This document shows, one piece after another, positions 1-10,189 of a stretch of 64,000 nucleotides of DNA; positions within the stretch are counted from its first letter, which is position 1; each line of letters starts with the position of its first letter. The translations under genes were made by a program, and so were the position numbers. The notes under the pieces are model-generated. The model made no database searches. It saw only the letters and a list, made by a program, of their open reading frames with translations, and was not told where the DNA came from. Origin of the DNA: a virus; IMG/VR virus record IMGVR_UViG_3300046665_000434, positions 32,001-96,000 of that record; one strand, given 5' to 3'.

Positions 1-226
1 CGGCTTTGACCGGGCCTTGAAACGCGGCGTTGTCAACGTGATGGACAGTAAAGGTATTGCGTATTACGAACGTGCTCAAGCTGAGTATCTTCGTCGTGCC
101 GCACTGGCCCCTGCGCGATATCGAGTCATCGATGCCAACCGTCCGTTGCAAGACGTCCAGAACGAGGTCATCGACCAGCTGGAAGTCTTCATCAATGACC
201 GCTGGAAAAACACCTACCTGAAATAA
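1..226 (+). CDS. tmk: thymidylate kinase, C-terminal part (gene starts before the window)
   Basis: YYERAQAEY...YRVIDANRPLQDV resembles the dTMP kinase C-terminus; lies two genes upstream of thyA. Confidence 0.7.
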   Translation, partial: GFDRALKRGVVNVMDSKGIAYYERAQAEYLRRAALAPARYRVIDANRPLQDVQNEVIDQLEVFINDRWKNTYLK

Positions 227-235
227 GGAGTTACC

Positions 236-1675
236 GTGACTGACCCAATTGATCAAGACGTGTACGAAGCGTATCCTTACGAGAAGCAGCTCGAGACCAT
301 TTTCTGTGTCGACAAAGCTTCCGTGTTTTACAACCTCCCGGCCCAGGCCAACGGCGTCATCCCGATCGAGCTGAACGCAGTTTGCACTGCTCTGCGCTGG
401 GCTGTGAGCTGGATGCCTCGCAAGATGGCCGAGATGTCTCAGTCGGTCCTGCATTGGATTCCGTACGGCCCTATCCTCAAGATGTCCGCCACTGGTGACT
501 TCGATCTGGCCGTGTATCAGCGCCCCACCAAGAACAATGGTGAAGCACGCCTAGCTGGCAAGTACTCGTGCGGCTGGGCAGGACATGTCGATGTTGCTGA
601 CCAAGTGATTGACCATCGCTCCGTGGTCAATGTACAACACACGCTGACCAAATCGTTCCTGCGCGAGATCAGCGAAGAAGCGGTCTTCACTCTGAATGGT
701 GAAGTGATCACGGTGGAATCCCGCCCTGATATCTTCCGCATCGTGGTGATGGGCCTGATCTACGACAACACCGACAACGTCGGTCTGACTCACCTGGGTG
801 TCGCCTACGCGATCATCATCAATAATCCTGACGTGCAGATCTCGAGCGTCCGGCCTGATGAGATCGTCAACCCTCACTTCATCGACCTGAGCCTCGTCGA
901 AAGCAAAGGCTACGACTTCGAAAACTGGTCGAAGTTCCTGGTGGCGGAGCTTAGTAAAGACTATCTGTCGAAGCCGCAGACAAGTGTGTTTACGGCGACC
1001 TCTCTGGGTGAAATGGCGGGTGAAACTGACCTGGCGATGGACGACTTCATCGCCAAGTATCGTTCCACCGAACCTCAGACCTTCTGGACTCAGGTTGAGC
1101 GTGACGGCAAAACGGTCTGGGAACATCCGGCGCTCAAAGCACTGATCGACGGCGATAAACCGCTGACCGATGCTTACGACTTCGACACAGAAGAAGGTCG
1201 GGTCGAGTTCACTAAGCTGGTAAAAAACACGACTGCCGCAGCTGATGTCGCCGCCGCATTGACCAGCGCCAATAACACCGTTCGCGGTCGGAAAGGACCT
1301 ATCACTCCGGTTGATGGCTCACCTTATCTCTCTGGCGCCGCTGCTTACAAGACCACCGCTGTCGATGAGTCTCCGGAAATCGACAAACGGATGTTCGAAA
1401 TCGAACTGGCGGCTGAAGATGAGCAGAAGGTTCAGACAGCGCTCTGGCTGAAGAACCAATACTTTACTCAACTCGAGCAGAAGTATCCTGAGGTCGCCGA
1501 ATCTATTCGCGAGGCCTCTTCCCTCATGGAAGATATCATCAAAGTTGACCCTCGCCTGGCGAAGCAACCTGATGATCAGCCTCGTGCGACGGTTTCCGTT
1601 TCTTACGAATTTCGTATTAACGGCATTCCTCTCGATGCTACCAGCGCCATCCTCAGAGTCCGTCCGCCACAATAA
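236..1675 (+). CDS. Nudix-fold phosphoesterase-like protein with long C-terminal extension
   Basis: GWAGHVD...REISEE Nudix-box-like motif, HLG and ENWSK motifs; SD AAGGAG before GTG. Confidence 0.6.
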   Translation: MTDPIDQDVYEAYPYEKQLETIFCVDKASVFYNLPAQANGVIPIELNAVCTALRWAVSWMPRKMAEMSQSVLHWIPYGPILKMSATGDFDLAVYQRPTKNNGEARLAGKYSCGWAGHVDVADQVIDHRSVVNVQHTLTKSFLREISEEAVFTLNGEVITVESRPDIFRIVVMGLIYDNTDNVGLTHLGVAYAIIINNPDVQISSVRPDEIVNPHFIDLSLVESKGYDFENWSKFLVAELSKDYLSKPQTSVFTATSLGEMAGETDLAMDDFIAKYRSTEPQTFWTQVERDGKTVWEHPALKALIDGDKPLTDAYDFDTEEGRVEFTKLVKNTTAAADVAAALTSANNTVRGRKGPITPVDGSPYLSGAAAYKTTAVDESPEIDKRMFEIELAAEDEQKVQTALWLKNQYFTQLEQKYPEVAESIREASSLMEDIIKVDPRLAKQPDDQPRATVSVSYEFRINGIPLDATSAILRVRPPQ

Positions 1676-1690
1676 CGCGTAAGCCTAGGT

Positions 1691-1712
1691 GACCCTACCG
1701 AAAGGTGGGGTC
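1691..1712 (+). terminator. hairpin (terminator or processing site)
   Basis: GACCCTACC-GAAA-GGTGGGGTC. Confidence 0.45.
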
Positions 1713-1735
1713 TCTATGTCCCTTGGAGACTATGT

Positions 1736-3268
1736 ATGTTAAACGCTGTTGATCAAACGTTCCATGACCTCTATTCCAACATCCTTGAAAATGGCCACTT
1801 CAAAGGTGACCGTACGGCAGTCGGTACGTTGATGCTGCCGGCACAGATGATGCGATTCGATACCAGTAATGGGCAGATTCCGATCCTGTCGACTCGCTAC
1901 GTGCCTACCAAAGCGTTCCGTCGTGAAATGCTCGATCTCTTCGTTGCCGGTACGTCGAGTATCAAGGAACTGCGCGCCAACAAAGTCGGTATCTGGGACA
2001 GCTGGTTTATCAAAGGTACTGATCGGTACGAAGAAGCCGTATTGCACACGGTAACTGAAATGATGGATCTTGCCAAAGAAAAGGTAGGGTGGGCGGAAGT
2101 AACTAAATTGGTCGACCCGCTGGCAGGTAACGGCGAACAGTCCATCAATCGGCCATACCGAGCAATGAAGATCCGTGAAGCTTTGGCCAAAGAATTCGGC
2201 ATCCCTCTTTATAAATCAACCCCAACACCAATCTCGATCCAGCGCCGCCTGGCCCGTGTATCGAAGAATAACCTAGTAGCGTGGGGAGCTATTGCCGCCA
2301 CAATCGACGGCCTGGGCACTCCTGACGTTGAACACACGGTCATCAAACTGGTGGTGTTCAGCCCTACTGAGAAAGTCTTCGGGGAACTTGACTTCCCTGA
2401 GCGCTGGTTGCCGCAGCTGGAGGCAGTGCTCGATCTGCTGAAGATCCCCAAATACGAACTGGTCGATGCCGACATCGGCAAAGGGTCGTACGGTATCCAG
2501 TGGCGGAAGTGGAAGGACACTCAGGTTGTCCGTGCTGACGAGAACCTGATCGACTGGACCGACCGGGGCTACAAGGTTCTCGGCGTGGTCAACAGCCCTG
2601 ATTTGCCGCGTGGTACTGTGGTCGTTGAACGGGAGATCGATCAGCTGCAAAATATGATCGATCAGCTGAGATACGAGCCCGATGACCGCCGCATCATCGT
2701 CAGTGCGTGGAACCCCGGCCGTATCTGGCAAGCTGCACTGCCTCCTTGCCATCTGTACTTCCAGTGCGTCAGCTGGGAACTCAGTACTCGTGCTGAATTC
2801 GAAGAACAAATCAACAAGGCCAATCTGGGTAAAGACTACCTAGTGGCGTTGATGGAGACGGATTACGATCCAGACTCTGACGAAGAATCGGTAGAGTTTG
2901 CGCGCAAGTTCTGCGTAGAACATCAGCTGCCTATCCGCACGATGACCATGTTCGTTGTCCTGCGTTCCAGCGATACTCCCCTCGGCGCCGTCTTCAATGC
3001 AGCCCAGTACGCGTACCTGCAACACATGATCGCTCATGTTACCAACCATGCTACTTCTGAATTGGTAACGGTAGGTGTAGACTCCCACATCTACACGAAC
3101 CAGATCGAGAAGGTCAAGGAACTCCTTACCCGGGAAACCCCAGAAGGTAGCAATCCTCGAGTCGTCTTCAACCGCAAGGTTACTGACATCGATGATTTCA
3201 AACTGGAGGATATCGACATCGTCGATTACTTCCCTGGTCCGAAGCTGGATATTCCGGTAGCCGTGTGA
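1736..3268 (+). CDS. thyA: thymidylate synthase (ThyA type) with large insertions
   Basis: DRTAVGT, IWDSW, YGIQWR, DDRRIIVSAWNP, ALPPCH, RSSD..LG..FN, DSHIY motifs. Confidence 0.95.
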   Translation: MLNAVDQTFHDLYSNILENGHFKGDRTAVGTLMLPAQMMRFDTSNGQIPILSTRYVPTKAFRREMLDLFVAGTSSIKELRANKVGIWDSWFIKGTDRYEEAVLHTVTEMMDLAKEKVGWAEVTKLVDPLAGNGEQSINRPYRAMKIREALAKEFGIPLYKSTPTPISIQRRLARVSKNNLVAWGAIAATIDGLGTPDVEHTVIKLVVFSPTEKVFGELDFPERWLPQLEAVLDLLKIPKYELVDADIGKGSYGIQWRKWKDTQVVRADENLIDWTDRGYKVLGVVNSPDLPRGTVVVEREIDQLQNMIDQLRYEPDDRRIIVSAWNPGRIWQAALPPCHLYFQCVSWELSTRAEFEEQINKANLGKDYLVALMETDYDPDSDEESVEFARKFCVEHQLPIRTMTMFVVLRSSDTPLGAVFNAAQYAYLQHMIAHVTNHATSELVTVGVDSHIYTNQIEKVKELLTRETPEGSNPRVVFNRKVTDIDDFKLEDIDIVDYFPGPKLDIPVAV

Positions 3269-3485
3269 ATAAATAGCCTCAAGGATGAGGCGTTTACGGA
3301 GATTAGATCATGGAGCGAGTATTCCTCGTCGCCGATAAACGCGATGGTCAGCAATTGAAAGTGGCTGGCGTTGATCGGCTTGCAGATCTGTTGCAGATAA
3401 AGGTGGAAGAGATCCCGGAACTCCGACTGTATAAATGGAGTGTTGATCCTTACGTCGTCGTCGAACTCAATCAGGAATAGAATTA

Positions 3486-3887
3486 ATGGCAACTCCAGAA
3501 ATTACACTGACCAACCCAACTATCGGCAAATGGGTAATGGAAGACGGGATACCGGTAGCTAAGGACCTCATCACGTTCACTGGACCGATGGTTCTGGTTT
3601 GTCATCGCGATGATGGTAATCTGTTTAATGGACGGTATTCCTACGTGGACCAACACGTAACCATCGAGGTCCAGCTGTTTCACAAAATCCGTTCAGGTGA
3701 ACTTGAACTCAGTTTGGTAAAACTGGAATTCGCTCCCGGATACCAGAGCCAGGAAGAAAGTGGGTACTCGCTAGTCTCAGTCACCCCTGTGGCGCAGACC
3801 GGCGATGCGGCTAATGTATTACCTCAATTGCAAATTACGCCATTAGCTTCTTGGGCTGTAGGGTCTGTTAAGATCGAAGCTGTCTGA
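3486..3887 (+). CDS. hypothetical protein
   Basis: 133 aa ORF with SD-like AGGA. Confidence 0.65.
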   Translation: MATPEITLTNPTIGKWVMEDGIPVAKDLITFTGPMVLVCHRDDGNLFNGRYSYVDQHVTIEVQLFHKIRSGELELSLVKLEFAPGYQSQEESGYSLVSVTPVAQTGDAANVLPQLQITPLASWAVGSVKIEAV

Positions 3888-3950
3888 CAGTAAATCCTCA
3901 CAAACAATCCTTTTAGTGTGAACAAGATCAATTAAACCAGGAGAAGTACA

Positions 3951-5588
3951 ATGACTGACGTCCAAGACCCTAACGCAGCTTCTGCTGCTAGCCCTTACGC
4001 CAAAGAAGCCGTTAACGACCGCTTCACCCACGTCGGTGCGTTCGTGCGTCAGACGTTCGATGAGCGCCTCAAGGAACACAAGGGCCAACTGTTCCACACC
4101 AAGACCAAAGGTCTGTCCACCGCTTACCTGGATAGCTTCGAAGATCCGGCGTTCAAGCAGTCGGTCAACTGTGTGTGCTGTCAGCAGTTCATCCGCAACT
4201 TCGGTGGCTTGTGCTTCATCACCGACACCGGCGAGGTCGTCTCGGCTATCTGGGATGCCACCAACGTCTCTGACGAGTACAAGGTAGCCTTCGGTGCACT
4301 CGAGAAAGAAGTCTCCTCTCGGCGCCCAGTAGGTCGTTTCTGGGGCCCTCTGGAACCTTGGGGTCGTAGCGAAGTCAACGGCTGGAAACACTTCAGCCTG
4401 CCGATGATGGAAGAGTTCTCGCACGCCGCTCCTTCTGGCCGTAACGGCGCTTCGCGTACCGCAGCCACAACGCTCAACCTGGCTCTGAACGACTTCTCGC
4501 TGGAAGACTGCAATCGTGCCATGCACGTCCTGTCCTCCGGTGCGCTGAACAACCAGAAGAAGTTCGTCCCGATGATGCAGTTCCTCATCGACCTGCATCA
4601 AGACATCGTCAAGTACGGCAACCGTTCTGAACTGGTAGTGAAAGCTGCCGGCTACTGCCCGGACGGCTGGTCGACTCCTCGTGACTCGATGATCGGTAAC
4701 CTGATCGGTTGGGTACGTGAAGGCAAGAACGGTACGTGGATCACCCGTAACTGGAACGACCGTGTCCGTCCTGAAGTGTTCAAACGTCCAACCGAAGCGC
4801 CAGCGGCTGGTCAGATCCGTTCTGCTGAGAAGCTGATCGAAGAACTGGGTCTCAAGGAATCGTTGAAGCGTCGTCTGGCGACCTTCGACGAAATCAAACC
4901 GTTCGCTCTCTGGGTCAAACCTGAAGCGGTTCCTGAAGAACCAGCAGCTGACGGCGGCGTATTTGGCCATCTGACGCCTAAGGGTAAGGCTGAGGCCACC
5001 AAGCAAGAGATCGAACTGCCTCCAGTCGGTGTGTCGCTCAATGAGTTCATCTCGGACATCTTGCCGAAAGCCAAGTCGATCGAGGTCAGCTTGCTGCGCC
5101 ACCAGAAGTTCCGCTTCTCTGGCTTCATGACGGCTGTCGATCCTGAGGCACCGCCAATCCTGAAGTGGGACAGCGAGACTGACCGTAACCCGTTCAGCGG
5201 CTGGGCGATTCGTGGTACTGACGATGCCGGTATCCATCCGTATCACCGTGGACTGCCTAACCAGCAGTGGCACGAGATCAGCGGGTTCTTCGCTCCATGC
5301 TCCGACTGGTCAGACTACGGCCGTTCTATCAACCAGGGCGGTGCAATGATCGTTACTGTACCGGGCCAAATCCCGTACACCGATCTGGGTCAGGCGTTGT
5401 TCCCTGACTGCGTCACCAGTAAGTTGCATGCGGTTCGTGCCACCATCGAATCGTACAGCAACAACACTCCATGCCCTAACCCGGATGAAGTGTCTGGCCT
5501 CGGTTTGGTATTGGGCGTTAACTCGGTCCTGCGCGTCAAGACGGAGTCTGGTTCTGTCACCTACCACATCGCTTACGTAAACCGCTAA
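3951..5588 (+). CDS. hypothetical protein with CxCC motif
   Basis: 545 aa ORF, SD CAGGAG, strong codon bias, NCVCCQQFIRNFG motif. Confidence 0.85.
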   Translation: MTDVQDPNAASAASPYAKEAVNDRFTHVGAFVRQTFDERLKEHKGQLFHTKTKGLSTAYLDSFEDPAFKQSVNCVCCQQFIRNFGGLCFITDTGEVVSAIWDATNVSDEYKVAFGALEKEVSSRRPVGRFWGPLEPWGRSEVNGWKHFSLPMMEEFSHAAPSGRNGASRTAATTLNLALNDFSLEDCNRAMHVLSSGALNNQKKFVPMMQFLIDLHQDIVKYGNRSELVVKAAGYCPDGWSTPRDSMIGNLIGWVREGKNGTWITRNWNDRVRPEVFKRPTEAPAAGQIRSAEKLIEELGLKESLKRRLATFDEIKPFALWVKPEAVPEEPAADGGVFGHLTPKGKAEATKQEIELPPVGVSLNEFISDILPKAKSIEVSLLRHQKFRFSGFMTAVDPEAPPILKWDSETDRNPFSGWAIRGTDDAGIHPYHRGLPNQQWHEISGFFAPCSDWSDYGRSINQGGAMIVTVPGQIPYTDLGQALFPDCVTSKLHAVRATIESYSNNTPCPNPDEVSGLGLVLGVNSVLRVKTESGSVTYHIAYVNR

Positions 5589-5596
5589 ACCGCATA

Positions 5597-5636
5597 TAGC
5601 CACAGGTGGGATGTCCCACCTGTGGTCTATTCTTTT
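5597..5636 (+). terminator. intrinsic terminator
   Basis: CCACAGGTGGGA/TCCCACCTGTGG stem plus T-rich tail. Confidence 0.7.
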
Positions 5637-5655
5637 ATAGAAGGATGATCTACCG

Positions 5656-5898
5656 ATGGCCAAGAAGAACCATGTACCGAACTCCCTGCAATTCGGTATG
5701 AGTAACCGCGAACTCAAACGCCGCCAAGCCGAAGAGTTCAACCGTAACTACAACACCAGCAAAGCCCTCGACGCCGCAGTGAAGATGCAGCACAACATGC
5801 GTTTCGTTAATGGCGAAGCATCGCATCCACAACTGACCCCTCCGCCGGTCCCTATCGATGAAACTCCGATCCCTATCGGCGAAGTAGTCCTGGAGTAA
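5656..5898 (+). CDS. hypothetical protein
   Basis: 80 aa ORF with SD AAGGA. Confidence 0.7.
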   Translation: MAKKNHVPNSLQFGMSNRELKRRQAEEFNRNYNTSKALDAAVKMQHNMRFVNGEASHPQLTPPPVPIDETPIPIGEVVLE

Positions 5899-5902
5899 CG
5901 CC

Positions 5903-6751
5903 ATGTTCCACGATATCATCAAAGCTGGCCCCATCGTGGAACGCGCTCTGCTCTTTGCTGCCGCAGCTCATGCGGCAGTTGAACAGAAGCGTAAGTACAG
6001 TGGCGAAGACTACATCAATCATCCGATGGAAGTATGCCGCATCCTCATGCACCACGGCGTTCACAACCAGACGATTTTGGCAGCTGCTTTACTCCACGAT
6101 GTCATCGAAGATACGGGCGTTACAGAAAAGCAACTGCGGATGTATTTCAGTAAAGACGTGGCCGATGTGGTCATGGACCTTACCGATGTGTCGAAACCTG
6201 AAGACGGTAACCGAAAGACCCGTAAAGACCTCGATCGCCAACATTCGGCAAACGGTTCCTGGGAAGCTCAGACGGCCAAGTACGCCGACTGTATCAGTAA
6301 CGCCAGGTCAATTCGAAAAGACGATCCTGATTTCTGGAAAGTCTATCGTCACGAAATGCTGGCGCTGCTTGACATCATGACTGATGGCGACCATGTATTA
6401 CGTCATTTCGCGCTCCTTGAACTCGGGGCTGCACCACCTATCAGTGTATCGTACCGCGAACACCGTTGGGGTTGGGAAGGTCGCGAGGGTGAGGAACCAT
6501 TGGTCGAAGGGACTGTCAGTTCTCTGGAAGAGTTGATGAAAGTGCCCTTCATCAAGCGCCGGCGGGAAGGAAAGGGTTTTCATCAGTTTAGCGTCGCAGT
6601 CCCCGGGGACTCGAAGCTTATCGACACCGCCGTCTCTCACTTGATGGTGGAGTCCGGTAGCCCACGGGAGAGTAAGGTCATCGGGATCTTGGTAGGTGAC
6701 TTTAAGCTACTGGGTCTCCCGTACTGGGATGATTGGCAGATTCAGGCGTGA
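5903..6751 (+). CDS. RelA/SpoT-type HD hydrolase (small alarmone hydrolase/Mesh1-like) with C-terminal extension
   Basis: AH..QKRKYSGEDYINHP, AALLHDVIEDT, KYADCISN motifs. Confidence 0.85.
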   Translation: MFHDIIKAGPIVERALLFAAAAHAAVEQKRKYSGEDYINHPMEVCRILMHHGVHNQTILAAALLHDVIEDTGVTEKQLRMYFSKDVADVVMDLTDVSKPEDGNRKTRKDLDRQHSANGSWEAQTAKYADCISNARSIRKDDPDFWKVYRHEMLALLDIMTDGDHVLRHFALLELGAAPPISVSYREHRWGWEGREGEEPLVEGTVSSLEELMKVPFIKRRREGKGFHQFSVAVPGDSKLIDTAVSHLMVESGSPRESKVIGILVGDFKLLGLPYWDDWQIQA

Positions 6752-7023
6752 CAGCCGCGACCGATAAATGGACAAAGCCCGAAGATCTCACTGAGGAACA
6801 GGAGGCTTTGTCCATCGTGGCGCAGTGGAAGTACATCGAAGTGCCAGACGTCGGAGATGGTAAAGCCGTCAATCTCAAGACCGGTACACTTGCGCCGATT
6901 ACTGGCACTGTACTCAAACTTCAAGAGATACAGGTAGGTGATGTCTCTGAAGTGCGAGAAGGAGATACTCGGGACAAGGATGTTGTCGTCCATTATAGAA
7001 ACGGAACCCCAGAATGTCCTTGA
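6748..7023 (+). CDS. hypothetical protein
   Basis: ORF coupled by a GTGA overlap to the upstream gene. Confidence 0.55.
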   Translation: MTAATDKWTKPEDLTEEQEALSIVAQWKYIEVPDVGDGKAVNLKTGTLAPITGTVLKLQEIQVGDVSEVREGDTRDKDVVVHYRNGTPECP

Positions 7024-7238
7024 TGCGAAAGTTTACATGGGTGTTGGTGATCACCATCGCCACGCTTTTCTTTTCTGTCGTTCTGCCAGAATGGCGCAAG
7101 CATGAAAACAAGGCGGCAAATGTTGTCAAACGGATGGATGATTGCGTATCGTCCGAGAAACAGAAGGGGGTAGGACAAGACCATTTGGATTCGGTCTATC
7201 GAATTTGTTGGATGCGGGCACAACGCAACACTAACTAA
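7014..7238 (+). CDS. small membrane/secreted protein
   Basis: N-terminal hydrophobic helix and two Cys. Confidence 0.6.
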   Translation: MSLMRKFTWVLVITIATLFFSVVLPEWRKHENKAANVVKRMDDCVSSEKQKGVGQDHLDSVYRICWMRAQRNTN

Positions 7239-7259
7239 AATACTGGAGAACTAACTAAC

Positions 7260-8075
7260 ATGACTACAGTCGTATTTGATGGGAAGATTCTGGCAGCCGA
7301 TTCGCGGTGTACTGTTTTTCACAACACTACCGAAGAGGTCTGCACAAACTGTGCGACATCAGCTAACCGTACTATCAAGTCCTACGTGAAACTCCGCGTA
7401 CCGAAGAAGCCGGTGAAGTTCAAAGGCCAGACAGTGGCGGCAGTTACCGGCGCCGGTGCGACTGACTGGACGCACGGTATTCTCCACTGTATCGAGAATG
7501 AACTCGATATCGCAGCAACCCTCACGGCCATGTCGATGTTCGTCGCCAATACGTCCAGACCGCGACTGGTCTTTTCGGGGCGGGTGATGGTGGTTACTGT
7601 AGACGGCGCTTGCTGGCTGCTGGAAACCGAGGGTAATAAACTCAAAGAGACTGAAATCAAGGAGTTCCCGATCTCCATCGGCAGTGGTAGCAAAGCCGCA
7701 ATGACTGCCATCAAGTTCATGGGCCTTTCTCCTGTCGAAGCGGTCATGGTGGCCTCAGACATTGATGAAAGCACCGGCGGCGATGTGTCGTGGATATCGC
7801 TTGACGCTCCTGAGAAATTGGAGACCGTGAAGTTCAAACCTGGTTTCGCTGATAAGTTCAAGAAGGCCAGCAAAACTCCCACTGCCGCCAAGACACCTGC
7901 GGCTACACAGTCATCGGCCCCCAAGCGCTCAAACCCAGCGGCTGCTACCACCGCCAAAGCCCTCGACGCTGTTATCAAACACACCAAGGAGAATGTGAAA
8001 CCGAAGCAACTCGCTAAGAAACCACTTCGCCGCGGTGAAGCTGGACTCAAATCAACGCAGGAGACTAAGAAATAA
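7260..8075 (+). CDS. Ntn-hydrolase (HslV/proteasome-beta-like) peptidase with Ala/Lys-rich tail
   Basis: N-terminal MTT..., LAADSR, IGSGS and STGG motifs. Confidence 0.75.
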   Translation: MTTVVFDGKILAADSRCTVFHNTTEEVCTNCATSANRTIKSYVKLRVPKKPVKFKGQTVAAVTGAGATDWTHGILHCIENELDIAATLTAMSMFVANTSRPRLVFSGRVMVVTVDGACWLLETEGNKLKETEIKEFPISIGSGSKAAMTAIKFMGLSPVEAVMVASDIDESTGGDVSWISLDAPEKLETVKFKPGFADKFKKASKTPTAAKTPAATQSSAPKRSNPAAATTAKALDAVIKHTKENVKPKQLAKKPLRRGEAGLKSTQETKK

Positions 8076-8776
8076 TGCGCCCATCGCCATTAACGATTCG
8101 TTTCTTGGCCCATGATGACTACGCTTACGAGGTGGTCAGATCGGAAGTCAGTAAGGTCACCTTTGATCCGGAGTTTGCTGAGCGATTCACTATCCAGATT
8201 TATTCTGGCGAGTTGGATCGTTCGATGGTAACTTCTGTCGATGCGGTAGCTTGTCCAGGCAATACGTTCGGCGTTATGTCTGGCGGTTTGGATCTGGCGA
8301 TTGCTGATCTGCTGCCTGGCCTGAGTGAGGGTGTCGCCAAGTCGGTAAGGCTTACGGCTGTCGGCGAACTCAATATCGGCGACTGTCGAGTCATTCCTCC
8401 GGTAGTGTGGGCGAATGAAGAATCCGTCGAGTTTGGTGTCTGTCTACCGATAGTTATCTACGCACCTACTATGCGATACCCTGGGCCGCTGCCGCAGCCT
8501 AACGATACCGCATACGCCGCGATGACGGCCGTACTGAATGCGATTTGGGATTATAACTACCCAACTCGACCTCTGCGCTATCGAGCAACTGGTAAGGACA
8601 TCACCAGTGTACTGATCCCACTGTTCGGCGCAGGTACTGGAATGGTCCCTGTCCGTACTGCCATCAGGCAACAGTTGCTGGCACTCACCAACACAGTGAA
8701 GAAGCCGATCGTTCGAGATGTCCACGAATACGCCAAAGCGCGTAATGACGAAATCGCTGCTACTTGGAGAATCTGA
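8075..8776 (+). CDS. macrodomain protein (ADP-ribose binding/hydrolase)
   Basis: DAVACPGNTFGVMSGGLDLAI, YAPTMRYP and PLFGAGTG motifs. Confidence 0.85.
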   Translation: MRPSPLTIRFLAHDDYAYEVVRSEVSKVTFDPEFAERFTIQIYSGELDRSMVTSVDAVACPGNTFGVMSGGLDLAIADLLPGLSEGVAKSVRLTAVGELNIGDCRVIPPVVWANEESVEFGVCLPIVIYAPTMRYPGPLPQPNDTAYAAMTAVLNAIWDYNYPTRPLRYRATGKDITSVLIPLFGAGTGMVPVRTAIRQQLLALTNTVKKPIVRDVHEYAKARNDEIAATWRI

Positions 8777-8777
8777 C

Positions 8778-9047
8778 ATGCATCACGGTGTTCTCTTCTA
8801 TAATGGAAAGCTTCCCGAATACGGACGCCTGTTAGAGCTCGGAGAAGTTGAGTTCGAAGCATTGAAATCGACGGGGATCTTTTCGTTACCGACCTGTAAC
8901 GCCGATGATGGTCAGCGAGTGATTGATCTCAAGATCTTCTGCGTCCGAGTGACTCAGATGACCCAGTGGCACCATCTCGCGAATCAGTTCTCTGAGCTAA
9001 GTAAGAAATACAAATACTTGGCGATTGACTGGGAGAGCCTCGGCTAA
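8778..9047 (+). CDS. hypothetical protein
   Basis: ATG after SD GGAG. Confidence 0.6.
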   Translation: MHHGVLFYNGKLPEYGRLLELGEVEFEALKSTGIFSLPTCNADDGQRVIDLKIFCVRVTQMTQWHHLANQFSELSKKYKYLAIDWESLG

Positions 9048-9136
9048 GGCTGAGGTTTTTCCTCCGTAACTTTTTATGCCCTATCGGAATGGTAGGGATT
9101 CACAATGCAAGTCCATTAAAGGAACGGGGAATCAAC

Positions 9137-10177
9137 ATGCATACTGGTTTTGAAGAATATCTCAACGAACGTCAAAACAACCAACTGAAAGGCATTCTGC
9201 GTTGCCGCTCGATAACGAGTTTTACTGCTGAAGAAGAGATTGCCTTCGATCTCCTCAAGCATGATTTCTTCTACAGTTTCTCCGACTCCGGTAACACACT
9301 GCGTACCGGCGCCATCAACGAGAAACGTCTGCTCGACTACATCCACATCTCTACCGCTATTAGCGAAGAGGCGCGGGCCAACATGGCTGCCTTGTTTGAA
9401 GTCTCTCCTGAGCAGGCTCTGCAATGGCTGGACCTCAACTACGGCTACTTGAACGGTCGTCACTATCTCGAGAAGAACCCGACTGGCATCGTCGGCGCTA
9501 TCCTCGACGGCCTGACAATTGAAGAGTACAAATCGTTTCGTATCGTTAACGAGCGTCTGCTCGAGATCCACGATGCGCTCGATAAGGCCGGCCTGTTTGG
9601 CCGTATCCTGGATACTACTGACCTGCCAGACTTTGGCAAACTGCGCACGCTTGCGGCTAACCGGTTTATCGAAACCAAGAGCCGTTACTATTTCGGCATC
9701 CTACTGCCGCTCAGTATCCAGGCTATGGTCGATGACCTGGTTCGCTTCTACAAGCAGGACCTGCTGACTCTCTCGAAGAAATGGGGCGATGTACTCTTCC
9801 CTGAATTCGAGACCGTCAAGTGGGAACATGACGAACGCATCATCGAGTTGCGTATTGCGGTGACTGGTGACTTCTCGAAACACTTCGGGATCTTCCTGAA
9901 CGTCAACGAGTCTCGTCCTCGCCGTAACTCCCAGCCCGCAGCCTACAAGCCAAAACCTCACGTACCGGCCGTAACGCCTGCACCTGAACCAACACCAGTC
10001 GCCGCTGCTCCAAAGCCTCCTGTGGGCAAACCACGGCCCCTGGCACCTTCTAAACCGAAGCCTCTGGTAACGGAAACGGCTGCCAAGAAGCCTACTCCTA
10101 AAGTAGCTCCCAAGAAGCGCGAAGGTCGCGTGGTACTGGGCAGCGGGTTCGAAGCGCTGAAAGCCCTTCAAGCCTAA
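9137..10177 (+). CDS. hypothetical protein with Pro/Lys-rich C-terminus
   Basis: long ORF followed by a terminator. Confidence 0.8.
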   Translation: MHTGFEEYLNERQNNQLKGILRCRSITSFTAEEEIAFDLLKHDFFYSFSDSGNTLRTGAINEKRLLDYIHISTAISEEARANMAALFEVSPEQALQWLDLNYGYLNGRHYLEKNPTGIVGAILDGLTIEEYKSFRIVNERLLEIHDALDKAGLFGRILDTTDLPDFGKLRTLAANRFIETKSRYYFGILLPLSIQAMVDDLVRFYKQDLLTLSKKWGDVLFPEFETVKWEHDERIIELRIAVTGDFSKHFGIFLNVNESRPRRNSQPAAYKPKPHVPAVTPAPEPTPVAAAPKPPVGKPRPLAPSKPKPLVTETAAKKPTPKVAPKKREGRVVLGSGFEALKALQA

Positions 10178-10189
10178 GCCGCACGAACA

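Noticed and set aside
1736-3268. Intein or hydroxymethylase interpretation of the long ThyA
   Set aside because: No Cys/Ser...His-Asn intein ends or LAGLIDADG motifs; the dUMP-specifying Asn is retained
3843-5273. Long antisense ORFs (also 22187..23212, 59930..61027, 61266..62105)
   Set aside because: Shadow frames of strongly codon-biased genes on the opposite strand; no motifs or SD
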